Of a stretch of DNA of 64,000 bases, positions 36,643 through 47,478 are shown piece by piece. The DNA is from a bacterium (GTDB taxonomy: Bacteria > UBA8248). The notes under the pieces are model-generated. The model ran no database searches, had not been told where the DNA came from, and saw nothing but the letters and a program-made list of their open reading frames with translations. Made by a program: the position numbers and the translations under genes. Location of the stretch: contig OZ241875.1 in assembly GCA_965203325.1 (NCBI GenBank), forward strand, positions 2,656,001 through 2,720,000. Direction: 5' to 3'. Every line of letters begins with the position of its first letter. Positions within the stretch are counted from its first letter, which is position 1.

Positions 36643-37326
36643 ATGGCACTGACGAGCGGAAGGGCACACACGAGTTCGGAATTCGAGAGCGAACTCCAGG
36701 AACTCCGCCGCGTTCTCCTGGAGTTGGGCGCCAAGGTGGAGGCCATGATGGCGAAGAGCATCGAAAGCCTCACCCGCCGTGATTCCGAAATCGCCCAGAC
36801 AGTCATCGAGAGCGATTTGGAAGTCAACCAGCTCGAAGTCGACGTGAACGAGCTTTGCCTGCAGATAGTAGCGCTCAGGCAGCCGACCTCGGTGGACCTG
36901 CGCTTCATCACGACGGGCATGAAAATCGCCTCGGACCTCGAGCGGGTGGGCGATCTGGCGGTGAACGTCTGCGAGCGGGCGCTGGAGTTGAACGAGGAGC
37001 CTCCGCTCAAGCCCTATATCGAAATACCGCGCATGGCGAGCGCTTCGAGCCAGATGCTGCGCGAGAGTCTGGACAGCTTCATCAAGGAAGACGTGGTGCT
37101 CGCGCGCAAGGTCATAGCGAGCGACGACGAGGTGGACGACATGAACGAGGAGTTGTTCCGCGAACTGCTGACCTACATGCTGGACAACCCGCGCAACATC
37201 AGCCGCTCGACCCGCCTGACGTTCATCTCGAAATACTTCGAGAGAATCGCCGATCACGCAACGAACATCGCAGAGGCCGTCCTCTTCATGGTGGAAGGCC
37301 GGAACCCGAGACGCAGCGTCGATTAG
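36643..37326 (+). CDS. phoU: Phosphate signalling complex protein
   Basis: QPTSVDLR, DLERVGDLAVN, ERIADHATNIAE. Confidence 0.95.
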   Translation: MALTSGRAHTSSEFESELQELRRVLLELGAKVEAMMAKSIESLTRRDSEIAQTVIESDLEVNQLEVDVNELCLQIVALRQPTSVDLRFITTGMKIASDLERVGDLAVNVCERALELNEEPPLKPYIEIPRMASASSQMLRESLDSFIKEDVVLARKVIASDDEVDDMNEELFRELLTYMLDNPRNISRSTRLTFISKYFERIADHATNIAEAVLFMVEGRNPRRSVD

Positions 37327-37409
37327 CTCCAGGCTCGTTCGCCTGAATCCATTTGTTTTTCAGAAATGAATCCCGGCTTGTTTACCTCGCCTTTTCCGGG
37401 AAACCGGCT

Positions 37410-38459
37410 CTAAGGATTTTCTTTGTCTGCTATTCCCAGCCTGGATTTCAGGAGTTCGTAGTTCGAGGGGTCCATTTCCAATTCGTTCCGGTTGATCGCG
37501 CGCGCGAGTTCGCTCACGGCGTCGTTACAGGGCGTGGGAATGCCCAGTTCCTTTCCCTTTCTTGAGACGAGGCCGTTGATGAATTCGATCTCGTTCTTGC
37601 GGCCCTTGATGTGATCGTGAATGGGCGCCGTGCGAGCGCGCGGGCCGGTGTGGCCCGTCATAGTCGTGAGGGCGTTCAGCAGCACCTTGTCCTCATCATC
37701 CGCGAAATCATCCGCATTCAGCCCGAAGACGGGCTCGATGTTGATTCCCATCGCCGTGCCGACCGCTACGGTCTCTTTGCCGAGTTTCACCGCGACCTCG
37801 AAGATTCCGGGAAGTTTCGCGACCTCTCTGTTCAGTAAACCGATGAGTCCCCAGGGCCCCATGCTCATCGAGTTCACGACGAGTTTCGTCCATTTCGTGC
37901 CCCGGATGTTGGTGGAGATGTCCACCTTGGCGACGTGGCTCAGGATTTTCTGGATTTCCTGAAGACGCGGTGTGATGGATCCGTCCAGCTCCCCAACGGC
38001 GAACCAGGTGCCCGTTCGCGGCGTGTTGCGCTGAACGTGGCCCGGGGTGAATATCTCTCCCGATAGTTCGATGCAGCATCCCACCACGCGCTCGGGACCG
38101 AGAATGGAAGTCGTTATCTCCTCTTCGTTCATGCTGTTTTGCAGACCCACCAGCACGCCGTCTGCTTTCAAGTGGGGCGCCATGAGTTCGGCCATCCAGC
38201 GCGTGTCGAAAGATTTCACCGCCAGGAGGATGAGGTCGAATTCAGGTTTCACGGAGGCCAGCTCGCACACGTGGAGCGCCTTGACGCGAACCTTCAGGTC
38301 GAGGTCCGGCATCTGGACGTGGAGGCCGTCTTTTTTCATTGCCTCCACATGCGCCGGCCACTGATCCACGATGGTGACGTCATAGCCGGCGTCGGTGAGG
38401 TCGGCGGCTGCGCTGCTGCCGATGGCTCCGGTTCCGAACACGGCGATCTTCTCGAACAT
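37410..38459 (-). CDS. Ketopantoate reductase (PanE/ApbA) family protein
   Basis: GTGAIG, LAVKSFDT, LQNSM, KWTKLVVN, EIEFING. Confidence 0.85.
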   Translation of the reverse strand: MFEKIAVFGTGAIGSSAAADLTDAGYDVTIVDQWPAHVEAMKKDGLHVQMPDLDLKVRVKALHVCELASVKPEFDLILLAVKSFDTRWMAELMAPHLKADGVLVGLQNSMNEEEITTSILGPERVVGCCIELSGEIFTPGHVQRNTPRTGTWFAVGELDGSITPRLQEIQKILSHVAKVDISTNIRGTKWTKLVVNSMSMGPWGLIGLLNREVAKLPGIFEVAVKLGKETVAVGTAMGINIEPVFGLNADDFADDEDKVLLNALTTMTGHTGPRARTAPIHDHIKGRKNEIEFINGLVSRKGKELGIPTPCNDAVSELARAINRNELEMDPSNYELLKSRLGIADKENP

Positions 38460-38942
38460 CTCTTGCCCTCCCTGGGTTTTCAACCGCGGACGATTCCCGA
38501 ATGAAACCATATGTAGCATGCCTCTCGCCGGTTTCACGACCCCTCACGAGGCTGGTTCATCCAGCGGCAAGCCACGCTTTGGCGATTTTGGTCTGTCCTC
38601 CGGCTATTGGTTGACACGCAGGTGGCAATCACTAATCATGGTCGGAATCTTGAAAAGAGAATAACTGTGCGAAACAGGTCGTTTTTATAAGCGAAGCGGG
38701 GGCGATTTTTGGATTCCGCAGAAGATGGGAAAGCCTCGTATTATTGAGCCGGAAATCAGCGAAGGGTTGGTTTATTGGCAGGCTCGCCGCATGCCGCATC
38801 ATCAAGCCGGAATCTTCCCGTCCACCCACGGGTCTTTTGCCCCTCAGGAGCCGTGTGCCGCCGCACATAGTGAATCATTAGAGCATGGCCATGTGAAACT
38901 CCAAGCGAACCTATCGTCGACCGGACACCGAATAGAGGAGGA

Positions 38943-40478
38943 GTGAAGATGAAGAAGAAGTTCGTTATTTTTGGAATGGCTGTTTTCATGTCGCTTACGC
39001 TGATGTCTGGAGACGCGTTTTCCGCCAAGAAAGATCAGCTTCTCATCGGGATGCCCGGAGACCCGACGACGTTCGACCCCCACATCCGGCTCGGGCTTCC
39101 CATGCTGCAGTCGTGGCCGCTCGTGTTCGACAACATCCTCGCGCGCGACATCAAAGGGAAAATCATCCCCGCTCTCGCGACGTCATGGAGTTACGTTTCT
39201 CCTACGGTGCTGGAACTCAAGCTGCGCAAGGGCGTGAAGTTCCATAACGGGGAGCCCGTCGACGCGAACGCCGTGAAGTACAGTATCGACCGTCTGTTCG
39301 ACAAGAAGATCAAAAGCCGCTTACGGAGTTTCTACAGGAGTGTCAAAAAAGTCGAGGTGGTCGATTCGCACACCGTGCGCATCCACACCAAGCATCCCGA
39401 CCGCTATCTCCTCTCGCCGCTGGCGGATTTCAGCGCGGTGGTCCCGCCGAAACACTATGCTTCCAAGGACCTCAAGCACCTCGCGCGCAATCCCGTCGGA
39501 AGCGGCCCTTACCGCCTGACGAAATGGCGCAAGGGCTCCGAGATGGTTTTCGAGGCCGCCTCCGGATACTGGGACAAATCCCGCCAGCGCGTGAAGAAGG
39601 TGATCGTCAAGGTCATTCCCGAGCCGACGACGCGCGTCTCGGCACTCGTCTCGGGCGCGGTCGACATGATCAAGGACATCCCGCCCCAGACGGTCCCGAT
39701 GGCGAAATCGAACCCCAACGTCGACGTGGTTGCCGGACCCGGCCCCAAGGCTTGTTCGCTCATCATGGTTGTCAAGGACGGCGCGCCCTGGTCCGACATG
39801 CGCGTGCGCCAGGCGGTGAACTACGCCATCGACAAGGACAGCATCATCAAGAACGTGCTTCAGGGGCACGCGACCGCATCCATGGGGACAGTCGTCGGCC
39901 CGAACAGCTTCGGCCACAACCCGGACCTCAAGCCCTATCCCTACGATGTGGCCAAGGCGAAGAGCCTCATGAAAGCGGCCGGATACGAGAAGGGCTTCAC
40001 CGTTCCGCTGGTCGTTCCCCTGGGACGCTATCTCAAGGGCGTGCAGGGGGCGGAGGCCATCGCGGGGCAGCTCAAGAAGATCAACATCAACGTCAAGGTG
40101 AAACCTCTCGAATACGGCGCCTGGCGTCGGAACAGCCGCTCGAAATGGAAGAAGGGATATAAGCCTTACTGGAATTACGCCTGCCGCAACGATCTGGCGC
40201 TCCATGCGGCCTGGATGTACTCAGGCCTCCTGTACAGCAAATCGACGCACGGCGGCGTGAGGAGCGAGGAGCTCGACAAGATGATCGTGGGCGCGCGCTC
40301 CGAGCCGGACGAGGCGAAACAGGCCGCGAAATACCGCGCGCTTGCCGCATACATCAGGGAGCAGGCCTTCCTGGGCTTTTTGTATCACCTCGATGAGATT
40401 TCCGGGAAGAAGAAAGCCGTCGACTGGAAGATGCGCTCCACGGGCCTCGTGATCGCGACCGACGCGGGCTGGAAATAA
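38943..40478 (+). CDS. Peptide/nickel ABC substrate-binding protein (family 5)
   Basis: PALATSW, LRKGVKFHNG, PVGSGPY, VRQAVNYAIDK. Confidence 0.92.
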   Translation: MKMKKKFVIFGMAVFMSLTLMSGDAFSAKKDQLLIGMPGDPTTFDPHIRLGLPMLQSWPLVFDNILARDIKGKIIPALATSWSYVSPTVLELKLRKGVKFHNGEPVDANAVKYSIDRLFDKKIKSRLRSFYRSVKKVEVVDSHTVRIHTKHPDRYLLSPLADFSAVVPPKHYASKDLKHLARNPVGSGPYRLTKWRKGSEMVFEAASGYWDKSRQRVKKVIVKVIPEPTTRVSALVSGAVDMIKDIPPQTVPMAKSNPNVDVVAGPGPKACSLIMVVKDGAPWSDMRVRQAVNYAIDKDSIIKNVLQGHATASMGTVVGPNSFGHNPDLKPYPYDVAKAKSLMKAAGYEKGFTVPLVVPLGRYLKGVQGAEAIAGQLKKININVKVKPLEYGAWRRNSRSKWKKGYKPYWNYACRNDLALHAAWMYSGLLYSKSTHGGVRSEELDKMIVGARSEPDEAKQAAKYRALAAYIREQAFLGFLYHLDEISGKKKAVDWKMRSTGLVIATDAGWK

Positions 40479-40611
40479 AAGGCGATTTCACGCCTCTCTC
40501 CCGGATTCCGTTCGGTGAATCCGGGGGAGGGCGGCGCCCGAGACCCGAATGCGTCACTTCGGGCGGGCGTAGGGAACAGGGTTCTGGATTCGCCTTGTAA
40601 CGGGGGGCGCA

Positions 40612-41529
40612 ATGACGGGATTTATCGTTCGGCGGATGCTTCAGGCGGTCGTGCTCATGAAGTTCGTCCTGATCTTCGTGTTCCTGCTTTTGCATCTCTC
40701 GGGCGACCCGGCCCGTATCATGCTGCCCGATGACGCCACTGAAGAAGACATCGCCGAACTCAGAAATGACATGGGGCTCGACAAGCCGCTGTTGACGCAA
40801 TACCTCATCTTCTTCCGCAACGTCCTGCGCGGCAATTTCGGCGAATCCTTCGAGCACGGGGAGTCAGCCCTCAAGGTCGTGCTCGAACACCTGCCCGCCA
40901 CCATAGAACTCGCCGCGGCCGCGTTCATCATGTCGGTCATCATCGGGCTTCCGTTCGGGTGCATCGCCGCCCTCAAGGAAAACACCGTCTACGACAAGGG
41001 TCTGATGTTCGGCGCCGTGCTCGGCCAGGCGGTTCCCGATTTCTGGCTGGGGCTGATGATGATCCTGTTCTTCTCCGTGAAGCTGGGTTGGCTGCCGCCG
41101 TTCGGCTACGGGGAGCCGGTTCACTTCGTCATGCCGACCATCGCCGCCGGCGTCTTTCACACGGCCCGCCTCGCGCGGCTGATGCGCTCCGAAATGCTGG
41201 AGGTGCTGCGCCAGGACTACATTCTCACGGCGTACTCCAAGGGCCTGGCCGAGAAGATCGTGTTGTTCAAGCACGCCCTCAAGAATTCGGCCATCCCCAT
41301 CGTCACCATACTGGGGCTGGACCTCGCCCTCACCCTGGGGGGGACCGTCATCACCGAAACCGTGTTCGCCTGGCCCGGCGTGGGGCGGCTCACCGTCGCC
41401 GCCATCCACCACCGAGACTACCCCATCGTCCAGGCGGCGGTTTTCCTGCTCGCGCTGGGCTTTGTCTTCATCAATCTGCTGGTGGACATCATCTACACTT
41501 ATCTCGATCCCAGGATTCAGTACCGATGA
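40612..41529 (+). CDS. Peptide ABC permease (DppB-type)
   Basis: GDPA, QDYILTAYSKGL, TETVFAWPGVG, LDPRI. Confidence 0.92.
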   Translation: MTGFIVRRMLQAVVLMKFVLIFVFLLLHLSGDPARIMLPDDATEEDIAELRNDMGLDKPLLTQYLIFFRNVLRGNFGESFEHGESALKVVLEHLPATIELAAAAFIMSVIIGLPFGCIAALKENTVYDKGLMFGAVLGQAVPDFWLGLMMILFFSVKLGWLPPFGYGEPVHFVMPTIAAGVFHTARLARLMRSEMLEVLRQDYILTAYSKGLAEKIVLFKHALKNSAIPIVTILGLDLALTLGGTVITETVFAWPGVGRLTVAAIHHRDYPIVQAAVFLLALGFVFINLLVDIIYTYLDPRIQYR

Positions 41530-42443
41530 GAGGTGACAGCGATGAAGTCCTCATGACGACCGAGGAGTTCCAGCACTTCGACGAGACTCCCTGGTGGCGG
41601 CGGCTCGCGCGCTCGCTCATCGCCACGAAATCGGCGATGGCGGGCGCCGTGATATTGCTCATCGTTTTGTTCGCCGCATTGTTCGCACCCCTGATCTCGC
41701 CGCTGGACCCCACGGCGCAATCCCTCACCCGGGTGATGAAGCCGCCCATGTGGGAGGGAGAGGGGCACCTCTTCTACCTGGGCACCGACCACCTCGGACG
41801 CGACCTCCTGAGCCGGTTGATCTACGGCGCGCGCGTGTCGCTCATCGTGGGACTCTCCGCAACGGTCATGGCGGGGAGCATCGGTCTCATCCTCGGCATG
41901 ATGGCGGGCTATTTCGGCGGGCGGGTGGACTATCTGCTGATGCGGCTGGTGGATTTCGTCCTCTCGTTTCCGTTCATTCTGCTGGCCCTGGCGACAATCG
42001 CCATACTGGGGCCGAGCCTCTGGCTGATCGTCTCGTTGATCTCGTTTCGCCAGTGGACGGTGTACGCGCGCGTGGTGCGCGGGAACGTGCTCTCGATTCG
42101 AGAGCAGGAGTTCGTCATCGCCTCGCGCGCCGTCGGCGGCAGCGATTTGCGCCTCATCTTCCGCCACGTTCTGCCCAACGTCCTGGCCCCCGTCATCATC
42201 ATCGGCTCCCTGTATCTGGGGCGGCTGATCGTCATCGAGGCGGGCCTGAGCTTTCTGGGGTTGGGCGTCCCGCCACCCACGCCCACCTGGGGCGGGCTGC
42301 TGGCCGAGGGCCGCTCCTACCTGTATGTCTCGTGGTGGATCGTCACGTTTCCGGGGCTCGCCATCACCCTCACCGTGCTGGGAGCCAACCTCGTGGGCGA
42401 CTGGCTGAGAGACGTCTTGGACCCGCGTCTCAGGACGCGCTAG
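41526..42443 (+). CDS. Peptide ABC permease (DppC-type)
   Basis: LGTDHLGRDLLSRLIYGARVSL, HVLPN, EAGLSFLGLG. Confidence 0.92.
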   Translation: MRGDSDEVLMTTEEFQHFDETPWWRRLARSLIATKSAMAGAVILLIVLFAALFAPLISPLDPTAQSLTRVMKPPMWEGEGHLFYLGTDHLGRDLLSRLIYGARVSLIVGLSATVMAGSIGLILGMMAGYFGGRVDYLLMRLVDFVLSFPFILLALATIAILGPSLWLIVSLISFRQWTVYARVVRGNVLSIREQEFVIASRAVGGSDLRLIFRHVLPNVLAPVIIIGSLYLGRLIVIEAGLSFLGLGVPPPTPTWGGLLAEGRSYLYVSWWIVTFPGLAITLTVLGANLVGDWLRDVLDPRLRTR

Positions 42444-42474
42444 CGGATACCCGTTCTCATTCAGGAGAAAGACA

Positions 42475-42921
42475 ATGGCTGAAGACATGATGGAAAACTA
42501 CGTCGACAAGAACCCCGACGTTCAGGAACGATTCAGGAAAGCGGGCGAAATCCGCCGCGCGATGGGAATCTACGGAGAAGGCGGGCAGACCACGAGCGAT
42601 TTTCTGCAAATTTCTCCGGCGCACACGCAGACCATCATGGAGTATTGCTTCGGCATGGTGTGGGCGCAGTCGGAGACGCTCGACCTGAAAACGCGCGAAA
42701 TCATCGTGCTCGCCACCATGGTGGCGCAGGATCTGCCCGGAGAGCTGGAATGGCACGTGCGCTCCGCTCTCAATCTGGGCCTCACGCAAGATGAGATCAT
42801 CGAAGCTATCGTGCAGTGCTCCCCCTACGTCGGTCTCCCCAAGACGAACCATGCGCTGAGAGCGGCGAAGCGCGCTTTCGATGAGGCCGAGGGAAAAGAA
42901 CCGAGCGATCTGGGGCACTAG
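42475..42921 (+). CDS. Carboxymuconolactone decarboxylase (CMD) family protein
   Basis: FGMVW...LDLKTREIIVLA...HVRSALNLGLT..EIIE...YVGLP. Confidence 0.85.
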   Translation: MAEDMMENYVDKNPDVQERFRKAGEIRRAMGIYGEGGQTTSDFLQISPAHTQTIMEYCFGMVWAQSETLDLKTREIIVLATMVAQDLPGELEWHVRSALNLGLTQDEIIEAIVQCSPYVGLPKTNHALRAAKRAFDEAEGKEPSDLGH

Positions 42922-42946
42922 GGGTTGTTCCTGCTCGCCGAGGGGT

Positions 42947-43435
42947 TTATTCCCCCTTGAGGAGCCTGGGCCAGTTCTTATCGCCCAGTTTGATGTTGCC
43001 GGGGATGTCCTGCTCCCAGGTCTGCTGAACGCCCTTGCTGTAGTTGAGATAGAGCTTGCCGTCCACGATCTTCCAGGCTTCGGGGACGATGCTCGCCGTG
43101 TAGCCCCGGCTCACGGCGTATGCGCAGTAGCCTCCGTACCGGGGGGCGTATTTTTCAGGATTCGCGCGGAACAGATCGCGGTTTTTCCCGCTCGAGAAAT
43201 ACCAGGTGGCGCCCTTCCACTTGTGGGAGAAGGCCTTCTTCCCCTGGACGGGTTTACTCTCGGTGAAATAGGCCACCGGGTCATACCCCCGGATGGCGCC
43301 TCCCAGCAAAGTGGAATAAACGGGCGTGATGGCCGCAGCCGACACAGGAAGAACGAGCAAGAAGGCGGCGAGCCATGCAGTGGCCCATACCCGTCGGTGG
43401 CGAGAGTTCCATAGCGATTGATTTGGTTTGCGCAT
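42947..43435 (-). CDS. Secreted YHS-domain protein (Cys form of a family with Sec members)
   Basis: GYDPVAYF, PEKYAPRYGGYCAYAV, IVDGKLYLNY; signal peptide. Confidence 0.85.
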   Translation of the reverse strand: MRKPNQSLWNSRHRRVWATAWLAAFLLVLPVSAAAITPVYSTLLGGAIRGYDPVAYFTESKPVQGKKAFSHKWKGATWYFSSGKNRDLFRANPEKYAPRYGGYCAYAVSRGYTASIVPEAWKIVDGKLYLNYSKGVQQTWEQDIPGNIKLGDKNWPRLLKGE

Positions 43436-43553
43436 CTTTTGAGAGATCCTCTGAAAAATCAAAGCGGCGACGTTCCGAGGGTATTCCAATCCCCGGTCAC
43501 CATTATACCCCAAACCCGCAGAATTCGTTTCGCAGTCGCGGCGAAAAAACCCA

Positions 43554-44231
43554 TCAGGGGTCGTAAAACTCCGGCAGGGTGAGGTAGCCCTCGCGCGGCA
43601 GTTCATTGTTTAACGGGAGGCCCTGTCTTAGTTTCAGCCTCTGGACGGTTCGCAGATGCGCGAGCACGTTCCAGTAGACGTGGCGCAGGACCCCGCCGAT
43701 TTCCAGGTGGAAAAGGCCGGGGTGCTCTTCGTCTTCGGAAAAGCCGAAAGGGTGCAGGCGGACGGACATTCTGTGGTAGTCCACGGGCTTGTGGGGGTCT
43801 CCCGGGCGGTCGACTTCAGGGTCGGTGTAGTAGGTGAACGACAAGGAGCGCAGTCTCTCCTCGCTTTCACGTTCGATGATTTCACAGCAAAGCGCGGCCC
43901 AGGGCCGCATGAAGTCGACGACGGCCTTCTTGTCGCCCGCCGCTTCGGGCGGGACGTGGCGGATTCCCCCGTCGATGAGATTGGCGATCAGGCCGGCGGT
44001 GTCGGGAAACGCATAGCCCTCGTGGCTGAGCATCTCGCCCGCCCTGAGATACAGCCACACGGGCGTCATGAGGGCGATGTGGCGGATTTGCAAATCCATC
44101 GACCATCGCGCCCAGGGCGGCTCCTCATCGGCGTAGCACATCTGCTCGTGGGTCAGGCTCTCGACTTCTTCGTAGACGAGGTCGGGATAGTCTTCGAGAG
44201 CGATTCCAAGTTTTTTCCATTCTTCATTCAT
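43554..44231 (-). CDS. Hypothetical protein, possibly DinB-like four-helix bundle
   Basis: WSMDLQIRHIA near the N-terminus and LRHVYWNVLAHL near the C-terminus; GGAGG RBS. Confidence 0.55.
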   Translation of the reverse strand: MNEEWKKLGIALEDYPDLVYEEVESLTHEQMCYADEEPPWARWSMDLQIRHIALMTPVWLYLRAGEMLSHEGYAFPDTAGLIANLIDGGIRHVPPEAAGDKKAVVDFMRPWAALCCEIIERESEERLRSLSFTYYTDPEVDRPGDPHKPVDYHRMSVRLHPFGFSEDEEHPGLFHLEIGGVLRHVYWNVLAHLRTVQRLKLRQGLPLNNELPREGYLTLPEFYDP

Positions 44232-44419
44232 CGGTTTTCACCTCCGGGGCAGGTTATCACCGGAAGGTGCAATTATACCTTCTTGTAAGCAAGGAAAAAG
44301 AAGAGTAGAATTTTCCCATCTATTCGAATCATTTTATATTTGCGCACTTTTCCGTGTCGGGCTCTACGATGTCCCCGCAAGGGGGATGTTTCTATTCCTG
44401 CTCAGGGAGGATCATACCA

Positions 44420-45409
44420 ATGGCAAGAAGAATCGTTCCAATCGTTTTCGTGGCCATCGCGTTTCTCCTCACCCAGGGAGCGGCCCCTGCCTTGGGAGCC
44501 AAGAAGGTCGTCATCAAGGTCGGCCACATGTACAGCAACAAGAACCCCACGCACTACGGGGCCATCGAATTCGGAAAGATGCTCGACAAGCTCAGCAAGG
44601 GAACCATGGAGGTGCAGGTGTTCCTGAAGGGACAGGTCGGCGACGGAAAGACCCAGTTGCAGTCGGTCCAACTGGGCGCGATCCAGGCGACGTTCCAGGG
44701 CCTCACGCAGTTTCCCGCATACGACAGCCTGAACCTCCCCTATTTCTGGAAGAGCACCAAGCACGTGCGCTCGGTCGCCAACGGGCCGCTGTTCGAGCGC
44801 TGGCGCAAGGATTTTTTGAAAAAACGCGGGACGATTATGGTCAGCGTCATCAACCGGGGCGCGCGGCACGTGCTCTCGCGCAAGAAACCGCTCAAGACGC
44901 TCGCCGATTTCAAGGGTCTCAAAATCCGCGTCCCGCAGGCGCCCCCGTGGGTGCTGGCCTTCCGGGGACTTGGGTCGAAGCCCACGCCGATGTCCTGGGC
45001 GGACGTGTATAACGCCATGCTGCTGGGCACGGTCGACGCCATGGAGAACACCCTGGAGACGCTCTACACGAACAAGTTCTACGAAGTGGGCAAACACCTG
45101 ACGCTCACCTCGCACCTCTCCTCGACGTCGTACTTCATGGTGAACGACAAGTGGCACAAAGGCCTGAACAAGCAGCAGCGCAAGTGGTTCGACGACGCGC
45201 TGGCCAAGGGCATCGCCCACGCGCAGAAGATATACACCGACCTCGAGAACGCCTATCTGGACAAGTTCAAGAAAAAGGGCGTGAATATCTACAACATCAA
45301 CGTGGATGAGTTCGCCAAGAAGACCGCCTCGGCCGCGGAGACCATCGGCACGAAGGGATGGGGCAAGGATTTCTTCGCGAAGGTCAAGGCGACGCGGGCG
45401 AAGTTCTAG
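44420..45409 (+). CDS. dctP: TRAP transporter substrate-binding protein
   Basis: DFKGLKIRVP, PTPMSWADVYNAMLLGTVDAMEN; signal peptide. Confidence 0.92.
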   Translation: MARRIVPIVFVAIAFLLTQGAAPALGAKKVVIKVGHMYSNKNPTHYGAIEFGKMLDKLSKGTMEVQVFLKGQVGDGKTQLQSVQLGAIQATFQGLTQFPAYDSLNLPYFWKSTKHVRSVANGPLFERWRKDFLKKRGTIMVSVINRGARHVLSRKKPLKTLADFKGLKIRVPQAPPWVLAFRGLGSKPTPMSWADVYNAMLLGTVDAMENTLETLYTNKFYEVGKHLTLTSHLSSTSYFMVNDKWHKGLNKQQRKWFDDALAKGIAHAQKIYTDLENAYLDKFKKKGVNIYNINVDEFAKKTASAAETIGTKGWGKDFFAKVKATRAKF

Positions 45410-45459
45410 CAGGGTAGTCTGAATTCGCGCCGGGTAAGCACACGGCGCGGCAAGTAATC

Positions 45460-45498
45460 AAACACCGCCGGATATTGGTGAGCCGGCGGTGTTTTTTT
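45460..45498. terminator. Terminator between convergent dctP and dctM
   Basis: AAACACCGCCGG...CCGGCGGTGTTT stem with a T-run. Confidence 0.75.
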
Positions 45499-45506
45499 GT
45501 GTCGTC

Positions 45507-46793
45507 TTATTCGACCGGCAGCAGCAGGTTCGGCAGCCACATGACGAACGGTGCGTAATAGACGATGGCGAACAGGGTAACGATAAGCGGAATATAAAAA
45601 GGCGCAGTGGCCCGCACGATGGTCCAGAAGGGTACTTTCGTGATGTCCGACACCACGTAGAGAGCGAGCGCGAACGGCGGCGTGAGGTTTCCGATGACGA
45701 GGTTCAGCACCATAAAGACGCCCAAGTGCACGAGGTCGATGTCCAGCGCCTGGGCGATGGGCAGCATGACCGGCGTCACGATGAGCAGCAGCGGCGTTGG
45801 CTCCATCACCATGCCGCCGATGAGCAGGAAGATGTTGAGCACAAAGAGGATGAGCCACTTTTCCTGCAAAGCGGTCATGAGGAAATGAGCGAAGATGAAA
45901 GGGATGCGCTCGATGGTGATGAGTCGCGTGAAAACCGAAGCGGCCGAGAAAATGAACAGCACCACCGCCGTATAGATGATCACTGTCGATAGGATGCGGG
46001 GCAGATCGGATGGGCGCACCTCCTTGTAGACCACCATCCCGAGAAACAGCGACCACGCCACGGCGAGCACGGCCGCCTCGGTGGGCGTCGTGGCGCCCGA
46101 GCCGATACCGCCCAGGATGATAGCGGGCGTCAAGAGCGCCAGGAAGGCGGAGCGGAAGCTCTTCCATATCTGCGCGAGAGAGGCGCGCGGGTATTTTTTG
46201 TATCCCCGGTTGCGGGAGATGAAGTAGACGATCACCATCATCGCCCCGCCCATGAAGAAGCCCGGAATCACGCCGCCCAGAAAGACGCGCCCCGCCGATT
46301 CCTCGGCGATGCTCGCGTATATCACCATGATGATGCTGGGCGGGATGATGGGACCGATGCAGGAACTCGCGGCCGTAACGGCTGCGGAGAAGGGCTTGTC
46401 GTAGCCCTCCTTGGTCATGCCCTCTATTTCCACCCGGCCCAGCCCCGCCGCGTCGGCGAGCGCTGAGCCGGACATGCCGGCAAAGATGATGCTGGCGACG
46501 ATGTTGGCGTGTCCGAGACTGCCGGTCAAATGGCCCACCAGCACTTTGGCGAAATCGAAAATCCTGTCCGTCACCTTCGATATGTTCATGACCTGGGCGG
46601 CGAAGATGAACAGCGGAATGGCGATGAGCGAGTAATGCTCCAAAGCGCCGATCATGATGCTCGCCAGGAAGGTGACCGGCATTTCGGAGAGAAACGTCAG
46701 GTAAAACAGGCAGGTGAAGACCAGTGCGAAGGCTATTGGGGTGCTGAACGCGAGGAAGAAGAAAAACAGTAAAACGAGAATCAAGGCGTTCAT
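45507..46793 (-). CDS. dctM: TRAP transporter large permease
   Basis: AIPLFI, FAGMSGSALADAA, IIPPSI, TPTEAA, LTPPF. Confidence 0.93.
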   Translation of the reverse strand: MNALILVLLFFFFLAFSTPIAFALVFTCLFYLTFLSEMPVTFLASIMIGALEHYSLIAIPLFIFAAQVMNISKVTDRIFDFAKVLVGHLTGSLGHANIVASIIFAGMSGSALADAAGLGRVEIEGMTKEGYDKPFSAAVTAASSCIGPIIPPSIIMVIYASIAEESAGRVFLGGVIPGFFMGGAMMVIVYFISRNRGYKKYPRASLAQIWKSFRSAFLALLTPAIILGGIGSGATTPTEAAVLAVAWSLFLGMVVYKEVRPSDLPRILSTVIIYTAVVLFIFSAASVFTRLITIERIPFIFAHFLMTALQEKWLILFVLNIFLLIGGMVMEPTPLLLIVTPVMLPIAQALDIDLVHLGVFMVLNLVIGNLTPPFALALYVVSDITKVPFWTIVRATAPFYIPLIVTLFAIVYYAPFVMWLPNLLLPVE

Positions 46794-46809
46794 GCCGATT
46801 ACCTCTCGC

Positions 46810-47478
46810 TCAGACCGCCGGGGAACTCCGGTGGCCCAGTTCCGCCTTGCCCGTGATCAAACCCAACAGCTGACGCCCCGAGTGGATGATCATCAGGGTC
46901 ATTCCCACCGGAAACGACGCGCTCTGGTAGGTCTGCGGGAATTCGAGGGCAGAAGAAGGATAGGTCCATTCCAGAATAGCCACCTTGATCCCCTGGTACA
47001 GGAGCAGCAGAAGCGTCAAGAAGATGAGGACTTCGGTGATGGTGTAAATTCTTCTCTGTAAATTCTCTGGAAAGTGACCGACGAATGTTTCCATGGCCAG
47101 TTTCTCGCCGTGCTTGTATGCGAGTGCGGCGCCGAGAAAAATGGCCCAGTGGAAACACAGCAGCGTGATTTCCTCGGCCCATACAATGGGGTCGTTCAGG
47201 ACGTATCTGAAATACACCTGCATGAAGACGAGATAGCCGATGGCCGCCATGAAGGGAAACGCGAGAATCTCCTCCAGATTGCGCAGCAGGAACACACCGC
47301 CTTCGAACTTCACCTGGCGCACGAGGTATGTGATGAGGCAAGTGATGAGGATGACGGGGACGAGGTAGTGAAAAAGAGGGATGCTGATGAGCATGAGCGG
47401 CGGCTGGATCAGTGTTATGAAAACCCAGGCGACGGCCTTGAATAACGCCACGAAAGGTAGAAATATCCACTCCGACAC
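46810..47478 (-). CDS. dctQ: TRAP transporter small permease with extra N-terminal hydrophobic segments
   Basis: QVYFRYVLNDPIVWAEE...FLGAALA motif. Confidence 0.85.
   Translation of the reverse strand: MSEWIFLPFVALFKAVAWVFITLIQPPLMLISIPLFHYLVPVILITCLITYLVRQVKFEGGVFLLRNLEEILAFPFMAAIGYLVFMQVYFRYVLNDPIVWAEEITLLCFHWAIFLGAALAYKHGEKLAMETFVGHFPENLQRRIYTITEVLIFLTLLLLLYQGIKVAILEWTYPSSALEFPQTYQSASFPVGMTLMIIHSGRQLLGLITGKAELGHRSSPAV

Noticed and set aside
43123..43130. Second selenoprotein in the YHS-domain gene
   Set aside because: The GGYC position is encoded by TGC (Cys); there is no in-frame TGA.
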